Shown: positions 24,733 through 37,800 of the stretch, in pieces
Numbering within the stretch: the stretch's first letter is position 1
How the letters are laid out: every line of letters starts with the position of its first letter
DNA from: Marsupella aquatica
Lineage: Eukaryota > Plantae > Marchantiophyta
Direction: 5' to 3'
Assembly: GCA_973895155.1 (NCBI GenBank)
Contig: OZ316892.1
Coordinates: 23,165,168-23,229,167 of the forward strand
DNA length: 64,000 bases
Translations under genes and position numbers: made by a program
Notes under the pieces: model-generated
Told to the model about the DNA's origin: nothing
Databases searched by the model: none
Seen by the model: the letters and a program-made list of their open reading frames with translations, nothing else

Positions 24733-26671
24733 CTCTAAGTTCCTGGCGTGCAGCGGTGGTGTGCGTGTTTATATATAATGTATATAGTCAAAAGACAATG
24801 CACATTTGCCGCATGCAGTGGTCGAGAGAGGGTTGAGGAGAGCAATCTAAGTCGTGGGCTAGTAAATTAAGAATGTTTGGGTTTTTTCAGAATTTAGGGT
24901 TTGCACTTATTAGGTTGGTTTTCTGTGTAAATGTATAACTGCAAGGATTCCTTTGTATTATCTCTTCCTTTGTTAAGCTATGCAGTTATCCGGTTGTGCA
25001 CTTATGGTTGCAGTTATGGGTGATGCTTTACTGGTGCTCTGGTTAAGCGCACATTATGCTTTGTAATTGAGGTCGCTTTGAGGGAAATTGTAATTAGAGG
25101 GGGTTTACGGTTATGTGCGGTTAGGAAGTTTGCACTTAGCGGGTTGAGGTTTCTTCGACGTTCTGTCAATGATTTTGTGCCTTGATGTTGCGCTTTCTGC
25201 CTTGGGGTTGCCTCTTCTCGCGACCTTCAGATCCCTTGTGTCTGCTCGATTCTCCCCTTGCGCCTCAAGAATTTGGTCTTTAAGCTTCTTGCATCTCCTC
25301 TCACCTCGTTGCAGTCGGTACTCAATTTCGATTTCTTAACCTTGTCTCTCGCTGCGGCTGTATGAAGGGGATTCTCGATTGCTGTCCTTATCATTTTTCC
25401 TTCCGGGACGACCTTCGTCCTTATGAGTTCTCTATGTCCTTATGTATCTGCTTATCGTTCCTTTGGCTTCGCGAGTTCCTGCAGTGACCTCTCTTCTCCC
25501 TCGATCTTCAGCCTTCAATCGATCACGGATTTTCTTTGCCTCTCAGTGATCGTCGATGAGAAGTCAGGGTAGCAGGGGTACCGAAAGTGGAGTCAACGTA
25601 ATCGGCAGTTGAGGTGTTCCTGGCAGATTTCTTTGGATTCGCCCTCTGTCCTATGCGCTTCCAACTCGTGATTCCTCTTGCTTCGCCTTCTGGTCCTGGT
25701 CACTTCACCTCTCGATTCAGGCATCATCGATCCATCGCTATCCACTCTCCTTCAATTTTCGGAAGATTATATGGCCTCGTCTCCTCTATTTTTGAAAGTA
25801 CTTATGGTATCCTCATTGTACTTTCTTGCTGCGCCTGTGATTGACGGACCTTATCACCTCCGATCTCCGTAAGCTTTTCAAAGTTTTGTCGCTCCTTTTC
25901 GATCTGGAGTTCGCTAAATGATATTGAGGCCGGCTCTTGCTGATTGGGGCTCAATTCTGGATCGATCGCTCCAATCCTTGTTCCAATCTCTTATCGCAGT
26001 CGTGAGGATCTAGTATGCTTCTTCTTTTCGATCTCTCTCGGTTTCTGTTTAGAATTCTGCCATGCAACATCAGGTTTCTACCGAGCTTGTGCGCCGCTCA
26101 TCGATCTGTCCTTAGCCAATCCTCTGGTGGGCTTGCTGCTCGTAGCCTTTGTAAAGACTTTCGGCCATGTTGCCCAATGCTGGCTTTGCGACTTGCCTCC
26201 TGCATAGCCTTTTTGAAAAGGTTTCTGTAGTAATTGGCTGGATCGAGAGTGGACCAGGCCTGGCGATGATTTCCGATGACCTCTCGCTGCTCGCGGCCCT
26301 TCTCACGATGTGTTCCTTCGTTTTTCTTTGTATCGATTCTGCAGGTGACAGTTTCCTTATGCCTTCGATCGTCAACTGAATTTCTTCGATTGCAGCCAGC
26401 ATCTATGGTTTATTCTTTCAAAGGATTTCTGTGAGCTTTCGGTCGTCGGTCGCTAGCGCTCCCTATGAGTTCCTCTGGCTTTCTATTCTCGTTTATTCTG
26501 TGGGCCTCTTCAACCTTCTTTCGTGGTCCCTCTAACATATCTTCTTTTCCAGGTTGAAATTTCTCCACATTCGCATCATTCTCTTTGGGGAAAGCTGGAA
26601 TTCAGATTCTCAAAAAAAAATTCTCATCTCCCGTTTCGTGCTCGGCTAGTCTAAGGCTCGTGCTGATAACG

Positions 26672-26778
26672 TGTTTGATGGTGATAACAATGGTATCAGT
26701 ATAGTCTCGGTAATGGTACATATGGTGGTGCCGGGATGACCGGCTGATCCGGTCCTCCGGTCAAGGTAGAGTCTAACA
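26672..26778 (-). repeat. 5' LTR (107 bp)
   Basis: Direct repeat of 19629-19735, followed on the minus strand by the PBS. Confidence 0.95.
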
Positions 26779-27973
26779 TTGCTTTGTTTATTTATTTGTT
26801 TGGAAAGAATGCTAGATTCAACAGGTGAAGTAACGTCCTTGGTGATGAATTTGTGCATGAAAGTTTGCATCACACGTTGGATATCAATTGTTATAGCACA
26901 CCAAGTATCAATTGTTATAGCACACCAAGTATCTACATTCTTGGAAGTGTTTTTTAGTTGTTAGAGGGAAATCTCAAGTCATGCAACTGCCTTGAAGGGC
27001 TCTGTGTTTTGATTGACCTTTGCGCTGCAGTTGATTTGTGCCATGTACATTGTCCTCCTATAAATTGTGTTGGATGGGTGTGCCAGGGCTTCTTCTAAAT
27101 TTTCTTCTTTAGCCTCCAGATTTTCCTCCCTCCAGAAATTCGTTTTGCTTTGAAAGCAAGCTTTACTCACAAGGTCCTGAGTTCTTCTACTCCTATTTTG
27201 GGGCCTTGGTGTGTACTAGCCTTGATTACCCTTTCCTTGAACCAGAACCAGAAGCGAGAGGTGAAGACAAAAAAAGTACCTTGCTAAAAAAGATTCCTGA
27301 CTTTTTGGGTTCTTCTTTCCCTCTCTGTGTTTTGGGAGTAAGAAGCCACTGAAAACTTTGAAGATTTGCTCATAGGGCAAGACTTGTGAGTGCAGAACCC
27401 TAGTCCCAACTTCAAGCCTAAGGAAATCATTCTATTTGACTTGGTCTTCTGATGTATTGCATGGTGTATGAGTCCTCATCTTACATTAACATAAGCAACC
27501 TACAATACAAACAAAATCTGTAGTGTGTATGATCTAAGCAATGCATTTTCACATTTTTTCTCTTATGGTCTATTATAAAATTGCATTCTCACCATGAGTC
27601 TCCCTGCCCATTTGATTATGGTGACATGGTGACAGATTTTCCTAACCATGAGATGGGCCTAAAGGTGTCATTGTGCACATTTACCCCATCACCCTCCTCA
27701 CAGGTAGCATAGTCCTTGAAATCAAGTTGTCAGGACTACTTTCTCACTCCTTGTAGCCTCTGACTGCTCAATAATCTCATTTATGCTTGATAACACTTCT
27801 ACTTAATGTCACTTACTATCAACAGAACTCTACAAGCACAAGCGTTAGGTGAGTGAGTGCATGCCTTCTTACTTGTTGAAGATAAAAGTTTGAGACAAAT
27901 AGGTTCAGTCTAAAGTACAGCTGAGACTATTGCAGAATTGAGGAGATGAGTACAACGTGGGTGAGAGAAGCAT

Positions 27974-29377
27974 TTTTTTTTATTATGAAGTTTTTTCCAT
28001 CAAGGAGAAAGGAAATACACATACTTTTTACAGAAAAAGGCAAATAGAGTACAAAAGAATAAACAAGAGAGGTCCCAAGTGGACAAAACCAAACTCAAAA
28101 GAAGTGAGCAAAAGCAAACCCTAAAAACCAAGAAAGATGAACTAAAAGAAGTGAGCAAAAGGAAACCCCTAAAAACCAAGAAAAAGGAACTAAAACTACC
28201 ACAAATGGACCGAGGTCCTCATCATTCCTAGTAAATGTGGCAAAAAGCTAATGGTCTACATCAAGTGTCGAAACTAAATCGACAAGTGGGACTGGAATGT
28301 CCTCTAGGGGGGCTAGCCGCTGCGGAGTCACACTAGCACCCACTGTCAGAGATCGACGATAGATGGCCCGAGCTTGAGCACGCTGTAAGGTGACTGAAAT
28401 GCGTTGGCGAAAGTGTGTGGTCAAAACAGATAGCGGGGGTCCGGTGGGACCCATCCGGCCGTGAACATCCCGAGCAGCTTGGCGAAGAAGCCCGTCGAAC
28501 TGATGATGAAGACGCCCAAATATCTCAAGAGCAAGGGGCAGGAAGCTATCAGATGAAGCTCATGCAGCATATTGGGCCTCCTTCGTTGTTGCTGCTCGTG
28601 ATGCTGCTGCCCCTGCCGTTGTTGCCGCTGTCCCAATGATGTCTTGGCGCAATGGGTTTGCCACCACTACATCTACCAAAGTACGATGACCCTCACGGAC
28701 CATGGTAAGATCCACCTGTAACCGCTGTGATGGAGGACCAGGTAACTCGAGCATCACCTCCCGCCGCGCGCAGACCAAAGAGCCAGAGAGAACCTGAGCA
28801 GTCGCATCTCTCACAGCGTCGTGAACAAAAATGGTTTCGCCGCCCAAACTGCAACGAAGAAGATGAACACCTGTGGCATCACAAGGCTTCCCACAAGTGC
28901 AAGTAGGAGGTAAACCAGCAAGAAGTGGGTGGGGCAAGCCCATACGAAGACGCATGGCTGTCGCAAACTCCGCTGAAGACATCCACAGGTGAGGAATGAC
29001 TGGATTGGCGTGGAGCCAGCCTCCTGCGCCCTTCCCTCCTGAAGAAAGAATCCGAGCTCGGTCCGTGTCAGGTGCCTCGATGAGGATGCTGGAGAGGGTG
29101 AAAGCGTACATACGCCCAGCAAGGTCTGCCTGAAGACGGACGGGATCCAAGGATAAAAACTCCTAAAATGAAGGTAACGCAGCTCGAACAGGATCTGGTA
29201 ATGATGACCGCGCTGCGTGGAAATGAACCTGAAATGGGAGGGAACCCTCCTCGACCTCCATGAGAGACGAAAGTAAAAAAGGTCGATCGTCAGTAAGGAA
29301 ACGATCTGCCAACAATGAGAAGGCGGCCGCCCACGCGCCCAAGAAGGCCAAAGGTGCAAGGCGCTCCGTGGAGAAAG
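27974..29377 (-). mobile_element. 5'-truncated non-LTR retrotransposon with restriction-like endonuclease C-terminus (CRE-like clade), frameshifted
   Basis: CTCGKPCDATGVHLLRC..HDAVRD zinc knuckle, then QVDL..LVDVVVANP..KEAQY and FRQRISVTLQRAQA RLE motifs (ORFs 29163-29351, 28560-29150, 28248-28454). 3' AATAAAAAAAAA tail at ~27973-27985; candidate TSD GAGAGAAGCAT (27963-27973) / GAGAGTAGCAT (29378-29388); ~47-bp tandem duplication in the 3' UTR (~28097-28196). Confidence 0.85.
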
Positions 29378-31979
29378 GAGAGTAGCATATTTCAAATCAT
29401 CTTGGGTTTTAAGAGCCAACAATTTTTCTTCCCGACAGGACCCCATTACCTTTTCAGGTATGACTTGGCGTCTGGTCAGTGTTTTATGGATGTTCACGTC
29501 TCTAATAAAATAACGAAGCAAGGTGGGCAAGGAAGTTTAAAATTGTAATGCAGGGTTTGATATTTTCTACCTCCACTATTTGATTCTTTGACGGTGACTC
29601 CTAGGAAATGGAGATCATCCAATCATTGAAATGTCGTATTAGATGCTACATGTGCGACAAACAATTTGCTGCTGAGTCGATTTAACTTTTTCAAGAACAG
29701 CAGAAATTGATATTTCAGGGGAACTACTGTAAATGAGTACTTGAACATCACATATGGTTGTCTCTAGCACTTGGACTGGGTTGAAGTGGCGTCCTGCAAT
29801 AAAAAAACAATAGTTACTTCTGGGCTCAAGCCTATGCATAAGTGTGCTAATGTGGTTGGGTGCGCACCAAACCAAAAATGTCATTATATGACATTGGTAA
29901 TCGCACCAGGTTTTGTTCCAGGTAGTCTCCTATTCAATCCATGTTGTTTGGCAGTTGACCGTACGAACTATTAAAAACATCCAAAACTATAAGCTGAAGG
30001 TTTTTCTTCAAGAGTGTAGTTGCGCTTCTTTAGGTTTCTCTTTCAAGAGAAACACGTTTTTATCATTATCTAGTGCATGGAGAATATCATGGGACATGAA
30101 AGCCATAATCCTTAAACAGAGAGGAATTAGTCATGCTCGTACTCTAGAGTATTTCCTCTTCTTTCAAGGCATGAAATGTCATTGACTACGCCCAGGCGCA
30201 AGGCGAGAGTGCAACTAACGCTAGAGACAAACCATAATTAGTGTCCCTGTTGGGACCTCACTTCTCAATATTATTCAAATGCCCTAAGTACTCCACATGT
30301 TAGGTTACATTTCCTGTTTGTAAGCAACGAGGACTAACTAATAATGATTGTTGGCAGCATGTGTCAGTTGCATTTGGGAGGACTCAAATATTCACTATTC
30401 TGCATTGGGCCGAGACTGTTGGTTTTAGGGCCTCTAGTCAAATTTCTCTTCCTGATTTCCTATGTTGTTTACTTGAGAGTTCTATAGGAGTTTTCAGTTT
30501 GTTGCTGAGTAAGGCTTTAGTTCTTGTACCATTGTTGTGACTCTCCAAATTTTTGCCTCTTTGATCTTGTTGGGTTTTTCCCTTGTTTTCTCTCCTTTAT
30601 TGGGTTTCTTGCTTTTGTGACCCTGTCTCCCAGTATGAAATTTTTGTTTGGCAATTGTCTTACGCTTAAGCCCTTGCACATGTTAATTGAGAGCCCACCA
30701 AATCAAAGGTGTTCAACATTATCTACTACACAACGAACGTCATAGCATATGGGAACTGTGATCCTCCTCTCTATATTTGTTTAGTCTTGGGTCTTCACTT
30801 CTGACAGTTCTATTTTTTCATATTTCCAGTCTTCTTAAGGCAAGTGCACCTTGACACATATTACATCAAACAACTTCAAGCTCTATTCTTGGCTTTGTTG
30901 GCTAGTTTTGATTCAAAAGTTTCTGAATGACTACTAGTCATTAACTGAAGGATCCCAAGGTAAACAGAGGTCTCATTAGACTTACTGGAGCATGGCTGAA
31001 GAGCAGTTTAAAAGTTCTGTGATGGCTATAGCCAACAAATTGGCAACACTGTTGTATTTGTCTTTGCACATTACTCCAAATACAGTCCTCGTCTTATCCC
31101 ATGTCTTGTATGAGTGTAGATTAGGTTTTGTGTCGCACTACTGTTGACAATCTAGTGTTGAAAATTGAACATTCAGCTATTTGGAAAAACGTCTGGTGCA
31201 AAATGCAAGTGGGCAACTATTTGAGCTGATGGGCAGTTCTGGAGAAGGTATGAGATTGAAATCAAAGCAGTGTTCCATGATCTTAGATTATGTAGAGATT
31301 CCAAAACAATTCTCATAGATCAAAGTGGAAGACTAGAATTGGAGGAAGATTTCATGACCCTGTCAGGTTCCTACGTCTATCACATTGCAATTCAGGTAGA
31401 CATAGGAACCTTACACTGTCATGTTCCTCCCGGAACCTTATAGTGTTATATTCCTTGTGGAACCTTATAGTGTCATGATATGGAATACAGACACAATATT
31501 CATGGCAACCAAACTTGTTAGTTGAGCAAAAACAGAGTTAAATAGGAGCATCGGCCACCACACCTGTGGTTAAATTTTTTTTGCTGAAAATTTTATTGTA
31601 ATGAATATTGTGGAGGTGTTCCTAGTACGTGTTTTACCAAAAACTCTATTGGACCTATCCACAAAGGTAGTGTGTGTTTCTGTGCAACTTTTACAAACAG
31701 GGTTTCAAAAAGGTGTGTGCAAACTTGCTTAAACCTCCATTAGCCATATACAAGGGGGAAATGTGATTCTCCAACTTCTCCCTTTTTCACTTTCCTCTCA
31801 TTCTTCTCCTCTCCCTCCATATCTCTCCACAAATTTTTATGGTGAAACTTGGTGTAACCAGATTTTGGTCAAGACTTGTGGTGGTTTAACCAGACAAAGA
31901 GGTGACTATTTCTTGACAGAAAGGGACATGGCATTATATAAAAACCAGCACCAAGGGAAAGGTTTGCATCAAAAACATT

Positions 31980-32402
31980 ATGGCAACCAATTATACAATT
32001 TAGTAAAACCCCCAAATGACTTAGGCATCAAAACATAGTAAAGTAATAAGGATATGGAGAGGTCTAATAAGTTGAAAAATTGGAAGAAGGCGGCAAGTCG
32101 TGTTTTACACAAAAATAAACTACAATTCAGTAAAATCCCTAAGTGAGTCTGGCAACCGAATATACGGACATGTCTAATAAATTAAAAAAGAATCAAGTCA
32201 TGATATCCTAAAAAACAAAAATTCAGTAAAACCCCAAAATGAGTCTGGCAACCGAATATAGGTTTCACAGTTTTTCAAAAGAAGCACCAACAGACAGGAA
32301 AGTAATGAGAATTCTGATAAATCAAAAGGCAGAAAAGGCGGCAAGTCAGGATAATTTACCAAAAAATATCCAATTGAGTAAAACCCCTAAATGAGTTTGG
32401 CA
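31980..32402 (+). repeat. Four degenerate copies of AATTCAGTAAAACCCC(T)AAATGAGT(C/T)TGGCA, probably a TE subterminal or satellite remnant
   Basis: Motif at ~31997, ~32124, ~32220 and ~32372; GGCGGCAAGTC occurs twice. Confidence 0.7.
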
Positions 32403-32412
32403 CGAGGAAAGA

Positions 32413-33136
32413 CGGGAGGGATGAGAAGGAATTGGATGGAATTGACATCGAATGCCAGACTGACAATTGATTGATACTGTTCTCATCGACAAATCGTCAG
32501 CTCGAGAGTAATTGTGGAAACTCTTTCGTGTGCTGCTCTGCTGCTGCTGCTACCTCGGGACAGAACTGGACAGGATCGGATCACGTGACGAGACGAGACG
32601 AGTCGACTGGGTACGAGGAGGAGCAGAGAAGGTTGTGTAGGGTGATCGTGTAGATTTGGAGCAGGAGGCAGAGGAGGCGGAGGGAAACACGGCGTGAGAA
32701 AGAGAAAAAGAAAGAGAAAGAGCGAGAGAAAGGAACGGAGGAGGAGGAAGGGCATTGGTGGACAGGGATCTTGGGAAGGTGTGGATTATTTTAGAGAGGA
32801 GGAGAAATAGGACGAGGAAAGGAAGAGGAGTAGGGGAAGGAAAGGAAAGGAAAGGAAAACTGGGAAAGGAGGGAATTGATTGATGTGGACGGAGGTTGGT
32901 CGATTTCGAGGAGCTTTGGAGTTGGACGATCAATGAGTGTATCGTCTTGTAACACTACTTGTATTCTTTTTGTTGTTTCCTCACATTGTGGTGGCGGTGG
33001 TTGTGGAGGTGCTGCGGACCACCGAGGAGGAATTGAAGTATGTTCTGAGGATTTCTTCTGTTCCACAAGGAACCCTAACCAAGCGCCGGTAGCTGTGGTT
33101 GTGGATGAATGCCTCCGTGCGCGGATGGTGTAGCAA
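32413..33136 (+). repeat. Copy B of the ~710-bp inverted duplication, ending ~250 bp upstream of the NAA30 ATG
   Basis: Reverse-complement match to 15366-16076 with scattered substitutions and small microsatellite indels. Confidence 0.95.
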
Positions 33137-33390
33137 ATTATAGTAGAAGCTCCCAATTTATTATGTGGTCGAGGTTTAGGGTTTAGTGATCTATGCGCCT
33201 TACAGCGATCTACCGCAAGTGATAGACTCTTAGGGCAAATTGATGCAGCATGAAACGGTCTAAATACTTTCTATCCGGGTGATAACCCAACCTTGTCCCC
33301 TTTCTCGCTCGTCCTACTGTAGGTCTCAACATAGAGACACTGAAGAGTGATACAGGGCAAGCAAGGGCAGGTCTTTTCCAGTGTGTTCCT

Positions 33391-34898
33391 ATGGAGGGTG
33401 AGTCCCCGAATATCAGTGGGAATGGCACTATCAATTACACTTCCTACGTAGACGAGACCCAGTTGGATCGCATCATGGCTCTTATCGATAAAGAACTGTC
33501 GGAGCCCTACTCTATTTTCACGTATCGCTACTTCATAACCCTTTGGCCGCATCTTTGCTTTATGGTTAGTACTGACCTCTTGGACTTCCTTTTCCTCAAT
33601 TATCGTGGTATCCATTTCAAAAATATCTCTCCTGATATAGAAATGCCATTGCGATATATGAAATGTCTGAGCCATGAAATTGACTAGTTCTTACTCTGTC
33701 GTTGTCAAAAGGGAACTAAACTTGGTTTCTACTGTTCGCAGGCGTTTGATGGAGATGAATGTGTTGGGACGATTGTCTGTAAAATGGGCCAGCATAGAAG
33801 CACATTTCGGGGCTATATTGCCATGCTTGTGGTTATCAAACAATACAGAGGGAAGGGTATTGGTATGTATAACTATATACCTGTAGGCTAATTTGTCAGA
33901 GAGGTAATTTTGAAGGTTTCCTCGTTTTGCATCTGTAAGTTATGTAAGGTGGGCATGGACTGCTTGCTCCCAAATCAACTGCATCATCGCATGATAGTTC
34001 AATTATTTCTCGTTCGTAGCACGCCATTGTCATCCCTGGTCATAGTATTCTTGCGTTCATGTGACACTATAAAATTGGAATTGGGCGAATGGGCTTGGTT
34101 TGGCACATTCGGCTATGGCATGTCTTGTTTCTGTTCGTGAAGATTTATACCGTCATTTAAAATTCAAGCAATTTAAGGACTGACTGGGTTTGACTGCATA
34201 TTGATAATGATACAGCTACAGAGCTTGTGACCAAATGCCTTCAAGTCATGCGGGATTCTGGCTGCGATGAGGTATTGCATTCTGCCTTGTATGGTCGTTG
34301 GAACTTGTCCGTCTCATCGCTGAAAGATTTTTCGATATTACCTTGAAGTGACGTTAGTGTAATGAGATGGAGTTTGTTTATTTCTGCTCACAGACAGACC
34401 TCAAGAACAAGTTTATTGGACGACATTGTTTCATCTGGACCTACCAATGCTCAAACTAATGACGTTGGTGGTAATATTGACGAACAGGTGACTTTGGAAG
34501 CAGAGGTAACCAACAAAGGAGCTCTAGCTTTATATGGGAATCTGGGTTTTGTGCGTGCCAAGCGCCTCCATAGGTATTATCTCAACGGTGTGGATGCATA
34601 TCGTCTCAAATTGCTATTTCCGCGGCCTCAAGATGCCCAGCTCTTGCAGGAGCTGCAGGCACAGGAGGAACACCAGGATTGTGGTCACGATCATCAACAT
34701 GATCATCAAAATCATAATCATCATCATCACGGCCATGGTGATAGTTGTGGTCATGATCATAATCACGATCACCATCACCACACCCATGGTGACAGTTGTG
34801 GCCATGATCCCCATCACCCTAGTGGTGTCCAAGGAGCTACACCTATGTATCTCCAGGACCTGAACCGGAAAAGCGCGAGCTCTCATGCTCTAAGATGA
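33391..34898 (+). CDS. NAA30: N-alpha-acetyltransferase 30 (NatC catalytic subunit, MAK3); exons 33391-33564, 33742-33862, 34216-34271, 34488-34898
   Basis: [28 protein letters not shown] / [41 protein letters not shown] / [18 protein letters not shown] / [42 protein letters not shown] are hallmark MAK3 motifs; all junctions GT-AG and in phase; telo-box TAGGGTTT at ~33177. Confidence 0.96.
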
Positions 34899-37800
34899 CT
34901 ATCATCCTTGAGTATTAGGTGCCTCCTGGTACTCAACAGCAGGGCCATCTTTGTAACATTCAAGTCTAAGGTACAGGCTTCACCCCCAACAATCAGATGA
35001 TTCTGTAAGACTAAGAGAGTATTGAGCTCTGAAGAAATTTACAAGAATATATAGTGACATTACACGAATCTGAAAGGGATTATGAGGTGAAGCTGTGCAC
35101 GGCAACTGTATGAGAAGTGAGAAAGAAAATTGCGACTCATTGGCCTTGAAATCGACAGCGAGATGTTTCTTTTTACAAAAGTAGGAAAGGTTGGGTTTTC
35201 CTTGGATCAGGGATAGTAGTTTTGGGCATACTTTTGTGCAATGAACTTCCGGCGATTCATTTCTTGGCTTGAAGGGGAGATCTATGCACCCATAGGCGAC
35301 CATTTCCCAGTCAACTGCTGGGCAAAAGATTGGCACAGTAGCTGAGCAATCTGAGCTATCTAATTACAACTTTGTTGGCTCACATCAAGAGATTTCGTGG
35401 ACAATTTTTTCTCACCAAATCTCATTGAAAATTGATTAGTATTCTGGTGGCAGACATAGGCAGGCTGCATCATGGTACAATTCATTACCCTGATGAACAT
35501 GTGGATATATCATCCGGGCATTCACAAGCTCTCCAGCGTAGGACTTTTTACTCAGAACTCGGAACTGTATTGCAAGCTTATTGCCAATGAGCTGTTCCAC
35601 CCATTTCTTACCACTGTAGTAAACAACAAATGTGGTGAAATAGGTAAAGTACACAGGCAGGGGTCCAAGATGGATGAATTGGATGCACTAATGAAAGTTC
35701 TTTGATGGATGGCAAAACCCACCACATTTGGATTATGCTTCCTCGCAACATGCATTTCTCGAACTGAGTCTGCCTATTGACACGATTCAAAGTTAAAACC
35801 CTTAAAGAGGGTCTCTAAAAAATTGATAGAAATGACCTGACACGTATCATTCAAATGAGCCCTACAGAGTGCCGTGTATGACTTTCTACTTTGAGCCCTG
35901 TTCTCGGGTGGTTTACTTTTATGTCGTCACTTCTCCACAAAAACAAAGCACCCTTATTGTGCTGTTCGGTTTTCTTGTAGTAGAAAACTACCCACTTTTT
36001 GCCAATTAGGGGACACGAAGAGTACCAAGGATGAATTTGATTACTTTTCAAAAAGTACTCTTTTTGGCCTTTTAGTCAATCATTTACGTATCATAGAATG
36101 CATGGGTAGCTAGGAGATTTGCCAAGATCTAACAATTGAGATATGTCTGTGCACAATCTAACAATCATGAGATAACATAGGGCAAAAGAGGAGTAGTAGG
36201 CACCTGTTGCCAAAAGAAGACTCCTCTAGTAGCGTTTGCACTACCTTGTGTATAATCACGAAAACAATATGCTGATTATTACTAATGGTCCACCCTAAGT
36301 ATCGTAAATGTAAATAGTTCACCATACCAGTGACTTGGTTTTTACTGTACTAGAGTATGTTTGTGCAACTGGTGAGAAGAGCAAGCTGACAGTGGCAGAC
36401 CAGTTAAGTAGGTCTTCACAACATGAATGATGACTGGGAGACAGCCTCAGCATGGGACCGGCTTCTCGGCTTTTCGGGTCCTGGTAACTGTACATCAAAA
36501 TATGACATATATAGTGTAGGACATGCCTCCATACCATGATACACCTCGTTATATTCTTTAAATCAATGAGGGCACACCGTATGTTACCGCATTTTGATGT
36601 GTGATTACCAGCAGGGCGGCTTTTCCCCCCGGTGTCACCGGTAGCTCAGCATCAGAGATTTCACTTTGTTCCAGGTAACCCGCCCGACTGGTCATAACCG
36701 ACCATACAAGTGACTTGGTTTTTACAGTAATACAGCATGTGTGTGCAACTGTGCACGGGGTTCCACATCAGAGCATGCATCAAATGCATGGTTGTTGCTC
36801 ATAGAGCCAGTTTCCACATAACGGTTGAATGAACTCCAGAAAGAAAGCATAAGAGAGAAGGAACGAAACTTCAATCTTTTCTTGGTGCATCTAGATGTCC
36901 TTTCTTGCTCTATTGCATTGCAATAAGCACGTTGCATGCAACTCTATGTATGTATCTATACTACCCTATATAATTCGTGAAATAGTTCATGACCTACTTA
37001 GTAGTAGACTGAAGTCATAGGCAGCAATTCATTGGATAAGAGAAAAATATTAATAACCCAAAGTCCCTTGACATCCCTAATCAAGTTGCCGCAGAGCCAG
37101 AATTTTTTTTAAATAGCCCAAAATCCCTTGACATCCCTAATCAAGTTGCTGCAGAGCCGACAAGTTTGAATTGAACATACTTGGGAGCCCTCCAAATGTT
37201 TGAACATATACCTGTGCCGTGAGTAATCCATGCCACTAAACAATCCCATAGTTGTTGCATCCACATTTTCTACTCGTAGTTTAAACCAAACCAACGGAAT
37301 TAGTGCTACTTTTAATTCAACATTGCATTAACAAAAATGAGTGTTACATTAAACTTATTTTAAAGTAACACAGATTCTCACATAGCACTAATAGCGATGA
37401 ACAGCGTCATGACATGAAAGAACAAACCTCCATTTCAAAAGTAATTTTTGAATTATTGTACAGGTACAAGACTACCAATCCATCATCGTACTTGAACGGC
37501 TGGGAACCATTAGGCTTGGGTGGTTACTGTCCACCACAGACTTCTTGAGCTGGAGTTTAGGAGAGAATGATACAATTATTAGCTTACTTTTGTGTGTACC
37601 ATCATACTATATAGGCTTCTACTTTCTAGCAAGCGCTTTCTTTGAGTGTACCACACTTGTAGATATCACTTTCTTTCAATGTGTATATGTACAGTTGTCT
37701 CTCACTTTCTTTCTGTGGTATAGAGCAGAATAATTTTTAACTTTTTCATTTTTTGGCCGGTGTGGCTAATGTAGGCCTTTGTGAAGGAGAAGATGCTAGG

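Larger units (their letters stand above)
19629..26778 (-). mobile_element. Full-length Ty1/copia LTR retrotransposon, Bianca-like lineage
   Basis: 107-bp TG...CA LTRs at 19629-19735 and 26672-26778 (1 mismatch); 5-bp TSD TTGCT (19624-19628, 26779-26783); PPT AAAGGGGAG next to the 3' LTR; PBS CGTTATCAGCACGAG next to the 5' LTR; domain order gag-PR-INT-RT-RH. Confidence 0.97.

Noticed and set aside
31980-32402. Spaced repeats superficially like a CRISPR array
   Set aside because: Eukaryotic context, degenerate repeats, irregular and partly homologous spacers, no cas genes.
35436-35790. Cluster of short ORFs downstream of NAA30
   Set aside because: No recognisable motif or consistent splice pattern.
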